Source: Lingula anatina | Lineage: Eukaryota > Animalia > Brachiopoda | NCBI GenBank assembly: GCA_051362555.1 | Contig: CM120642.1 | Coordinates: 32,116,001-32,180,000 of the forward strand | Length of the DNA: 64,000 nt | Reading direction: 5' to 3' | Part shown: positions 1 through 64,000 of the stretch, one piece after another | Layout of the letters: each line of letters opens with the position of its first letter | Numbering within the stretch: position 1 is the stretch's first letter | Program-made: the position numbers and the translations under genes | Notes under the pieces: model-generated | Told to the model about the DNA's origin: nothing | The model's input: only the letters and a program-made list of their open reading frames with translations | Databases searched by the model: none

Positions 1-70
1 AAAGAAGACCACTTCTCATCCTGCACCCCTCCCCCATGGTGAATAAAATAATAAAAACATGTCACTTTAC

Positions 71-59439
<59,369 letters not shown>

Positions 59440-60153
59440 TCTTGCAGACCTACTTCATCTGTGTATCTGGAGAAAAGAAAAAATACACAAGGTTAAATGT
59501 GTAACTAGTAAAACAAGTTTTGTCACGTCTCATATGAGATTTGATCTTAACTTCAAAAATCTTAATTTGGTTTCATTTTCTTAATGTTCCAAAATAACAC
59601 AACATCTCAACTGCACTAATCAAAACACAAACTTACTTGACCAAGGAGATAATAAGGTCAAAATGATGTGAAATACTAGCTCCAGGTGAATCTAAGTGTC
59701 TCTCCTCCTGTTTTCTACCTGTACTACTCTCTACCTAACCACTCATATTAAGACCAGTCACTAATGAGGAAGTCGAGCCTTTGTGTGTACTCTGCCACCC
59801 ATCCTGCTAGTACACACAATAATCTGCCTCAGTCACCCAAATAAACCACCCACACTATCAGTCCCTTAGACCTGCTAGCCACAGGGCTGATTGGTTGATA
59901 ATGCTCAATCTGCAGGTCTTGTTTAGATACCTATATAACATGCGGAACTGTATGACCTTCAACAAAGATTATGGAAGCAGCATAGTCCTAAAATGACCAG
60001 TGAAACCCAAACAACCTGACCATGAGTAGTTTCCACCAATTTTACCTGTTAATCTGTCCCTATTAAACTGGGGTTCACTCACTGGCACTCAGGTGTGTAG
60101 ACAGAGCTATTACAGCCTCTCTCCACCTGTGTACACACAAGACAGACTGGCGG

Positions 60154-61320
60154 ACTAGCAGTAAAACTGGCTGATACTGCACTGGTTGATAACGTACCTC
60201 TCTCCAATCTGATACTGGTAGGTCTACTCTACTGGTTTACACCCCCAGTACAACTATTCATATCAGAATCAACTCGGGTCCCAATTTTAGTCTTTTTGAC
60301 ATTACCGTATCGCTTATTTAAATCTGCCTCCTATGGGAATTCAAACTATTCTGTGACATTGGTATTCAATAAGTATTTATTTAGTACAGTTTCTCTTTTT
60401 AGGTGGTTTTCCATATCCTGATCTCCATTCTTATTCTGCTCAGAGTTGTCACCTTTGTCCAATCACGAACCTGATTTTAGAAGTGACTCATCAATGCTTC
60501 TTTCACTTTTGGTGGTAAAATATTACACTTCACAAAAATTTATGTGTGAAACAAAAATTGGAACATTGCTGGTTGAAGTCGACTCAGTTCAGAACGTGAT
60601 CAAAGCAGTTCAGTCTGAGGTTCTCTTAGCAAAGCTTCACTGCTTTAGCGTTTTACACGAGAAGGTTCAGAACTAAAACCGGCTTATTGCAACAATGTAA
60701 CTCACCTCCAGTCAAAAAAAGTTTCAAATATTTCCTCCCAATGTTATTTTGTGCTACTAACCACTCTGTATAAAAGGCACACCTTGAAAACTATGCATAT
60801 TTTTATTATTATTAACATTATGACGCAGTCTTTGGAGAGCTGTTGAAAATGATACGCTTTAATGACTAAAATTGTCCCATATCACAACGGTGCATTGTGG
60901 TGATTAAATACTTGTGGAATAATCACTTGCATGCTCAATGGCATAACCGTCATGATACTTGGCCTGTGAAGGCAATAAAGAAGGTTAGTCATTCATAAAA
61001 ACACCACCAAACTTTTAACCACCACTGAATAACTGAGTTTCAACTTCAAACTATGTCAAGTATGCTTCCATCAACATGTGTGTGGGTTTTTCTTCCCCCA
61101 TTCACTCTTCATTTCATTTCTCCAGTCCCTCTGAACATAAATATTTTGCCTGTACTTCTAAACTGACAGGCAATTTTGGACAAGTTACAGTCTGATACAG
61201 AACTTGGAGACCAGGAGAGAATTTTCTTAGCTTTGTTACTAGATTGTAGACCACCGGTTTAAAGCCATGAGCTGTACTAGCAGTTAAACTGGCTGATACC
61301 ACACTGGTTGATAACATACC
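60154..61320. repeat. Dispersed 45-bp direct repeat pair (60154-60197 and 61276-61320)
   Basis: ACTAGCAGTWAAACTGGCTGATACYRCACTGGTTGATAACRTACC in both copies. Confidence 0.8.
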
Positions 61321-61390
61321 ATATAAAATGCAATAACTATGTAACACCAATGCAAATTATTGGTCAGACATGCTCTTTACGATGTTTTTA

Positions 61391-61527
61391 ACCCTCCCCC
61401 CCCTCTCCAAAAACATCTTTCAATCTCCCAGTCTATAATACTGAAATAAGTTGTACTAACTACCCCCCCCCCCCTCAAACATCCTGCACACTCCCAGTCT
61501 ATGATATTGAAATAACAGTAGTACTAG
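61391..61527. repeat. Tandem duplication, about 68-bp unit x2
   Basis: poly-C...AAACATC...CTCCCAGTCTATRATAYTGAAATAA..GTACTARCT occurs twice. Confidence 0.75.
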
Positions 61528-64000
61528 CTGGTTACCAAATACCAGATAACCAGGTGTAATTTATGACCAATTATACACCAGCCACACCTGAAATACCAGA
61601 CATTTCCCTTTCAATCCAACCGCTAAAAACAGACACATAAAACTGCCATAAATCAGATATAATAAAGCAGTCTATTTTAATTACTGGATCTTCAAAGGGA
61701 TACCAATTAAATGACGTGAGAGCTATTCTCATTAAAATTTCTAGAAAGTATCTAATTTCACATTAGAAAGGTCTGTGTCTCTCATAATCTATAGCTACTA
61801 TTTTTGGATGGTCTTGAACATGTCATTTTTTCTACCTCTAAATTCAGGTAAATTTGTACTAGTACGGTATATCTAGAATGTATCTCCATGGCAACTCATC
61901 TTTGGATACACATCTACTAGCCCTAACTCTGCATAGAAAAATATTACCACATGCTTAAAAAAATTCATTTTGGTTAAATAAAAATAATAATATATTTGGG
62001 CAAATGGAAAAAGTAAAATATCTACATTTACTTTGTTTTAATAAAAATATTGTGCAAAAGTGATTCCAGTTGGTACATGTTTATTTTTACAGTCTAGATG
62101 AAATACTGTGGGAGCACCTGTCTCCACATGTATATAGTACAGTGCCTGTGATGTAATATAACAAATACATTGGGCAGAAAGCAGGAAATTCACCTATCCT
62201 AGGCTGTGACTCATAATAACAAATAGAATCCAGAGTTAATGGGATTCAGAATTACACCAACATTTTCTAAAATTTAAAATTAACTAATTTTTAGAAATAA
62301 TTCACCTTTCCTAAAAAAATGTTTTTGACAATATGTCACAATCTAGGAAGGAGATAGATCTGAGACAAAATAAGAACAATAAAATAAAATTGAAGTCTAC
62401 AAACATGGTTCCAAAATAGCAAAACTAGAACAACATCAACCTGATATCAGACAAACCCCTCATTTATAATAAATATGTCCTCGTTGTTGCTAATCTTACT
62501 AGACAACTGACAAAGTGATTGTCTGACACATGGAAATGGCTTCTAATGCTGGTTATTTAATGGAATAGATTTGCAAATCTGCACAATTTCTCTGAATAAA
62601 TGTGAAAATCCTCTGGTGCATCTAAATACTCTGACATGGAAAACTAGTTTGTGGACAAGCACTCTAATCACTAAGATCTTCTCACCCTGAACAAACTGAA
62701 GAACTTGTCCTTATCCATGTTACAGCTACAGTGAATGGAGAGGAGACAATGACAAAACTGACACCAGCTTCACTACCTGGGGCCAAGAAAAAAGTCCCCA
62801 TTAATGCAGAGCTGCTCTGTGTTAATCTGGCATTAAATACCCAGTTCTGAGCCGCTATACTATATAACAGAACAACTTGATTTCAGTCAAGTTTTTAGTC
62901 AGCATTGTGCTTGCTTATTTATGCCTAAATAATGCAGCCATGTTCAACTTTCTAGGGACAAGTAATGATTAGAATTGCATGAATAATATCACTCTTAACA
63001 TACTCTTGATGATATATTATATTTTTGGGTTAATATCTGTCCTCAAGGGAAAAAGGACCCATATCATTATAGCACATAATTCACCAGCAAACGCTAATTA
63101 CCAACTCCTTGTTGGTGTAACCCTGTTACAAATCTCTTGATACAGAGTCCATGCACAGTTGAGAGGACTGCTATCAAGACTGTTTAGTATGCCCTCACTA
63201 GCTTCTCTATCTTTATCAGGATCTGTAATTAATATCCCTTCTACCACAGTGAATGCTGGGAACAATAGGTCCAGAAATAGCTTCGCTTGCCTACTCTTCA
63301 CCACGCATGAATATATTAGATCATGAATCTAAGCATGGTGTAACTTTAAGTTTAGCTTTGCTCTCATATGTAAGTTACTTACATATTGCTGGCTTGAGGT
63401 GTATCTATTATATAAGTATATTACCAGGAATGACATCCAATATGGTGGTTTTGTGGACAAAATTAGATTTCCAAGGCCCATCATGACAAATAATTTGACA
63501 CATATTAAGATATAACAAAACAGCACCTCCCTTAGGATCAATTATTGTGATGCTAAATATTTTTTTACTTTTCTATGAGTAGAATATTAAAAGTGTCCTG
63601 TCGTGTACTGTCATTTCAAAGATACCTCAGCCTGCTTTCTATATACAAAATGTGAAGAGGGCGCGGATACTTTTAAGAAAAATCAGAAAACTGATCAGCT
63701 GAAATTTGTCACCAGAGTCCTGCTTGGTGTGTAAAGCTGATTTTTGTGAGGTCATTCCATTGCGTTAACTTACTGTGAAGTTTAGAGATATAATCAGGTG
63801 TTAACCAGAACAGGAGAGACCTGTCGTAGATCACAGGTAGCACTCATCAGGTGATTTGAGGTGACTCAAAGATGAATTTAAACAGGAAGTCTCTCTATCT
63901 TCAGACTCAATCTAAAACCGCTCAACTTACTGTATATTTTCATGCCTTTTGGCTCTCTCTTCCTCCCCCCCCCCCCATCTCCCCAGCTACTTTCTGTGTC

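Noticed and set aside
59630-60770. Possible 5' UTR exon donors (GTAAGT near 59637, GAG|GTGAGT near 60705)
   Set aside because: Non-coding exons cannot be validated from sequence alone, and no clear promoter is visible in the window.

Overview
This is animal (invertebrate-type, AT-rich) genomic DNA, not prokaryotic. Almost the whole window is the 5' part of one giant minus-strand gene, a Fat-like protocadherin (FAT1/2/3 and Drosophila kugelei/Fat2 subfamily). I traced 24 coding exons by hand from the ATG at 59439 down to position 71. All have GT-AG boundaries and consistent phases, totalling 10,440 nt (3,480 aa): a signal peptide plus about 32 cadherin repeats. The gene continues past the left edge, so the EGF, LamG, transmembrane and cytoplasmic parts are not in the window; the promoter and first UTR exon probably lie past the right edge. 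The introns carry a TTAA-flanked Kolobok-like element with a coding first exon, three related MITE families, a probable Helentron/HINE end, tandem repeats and CTCF-like motifs. The most interesting signal is a set of unannotated frame-preserving microexon candidates. A 21-nt and a 9-nt exon lie in intron 7088-10747 with an Rbfox UGCAUG cluster and UGC/YGCY motifs. A 30-nt exon that doubles as a recursive splice site lies in the middle of the 13.8-kb intron. None of these is confirmed without RNA data.
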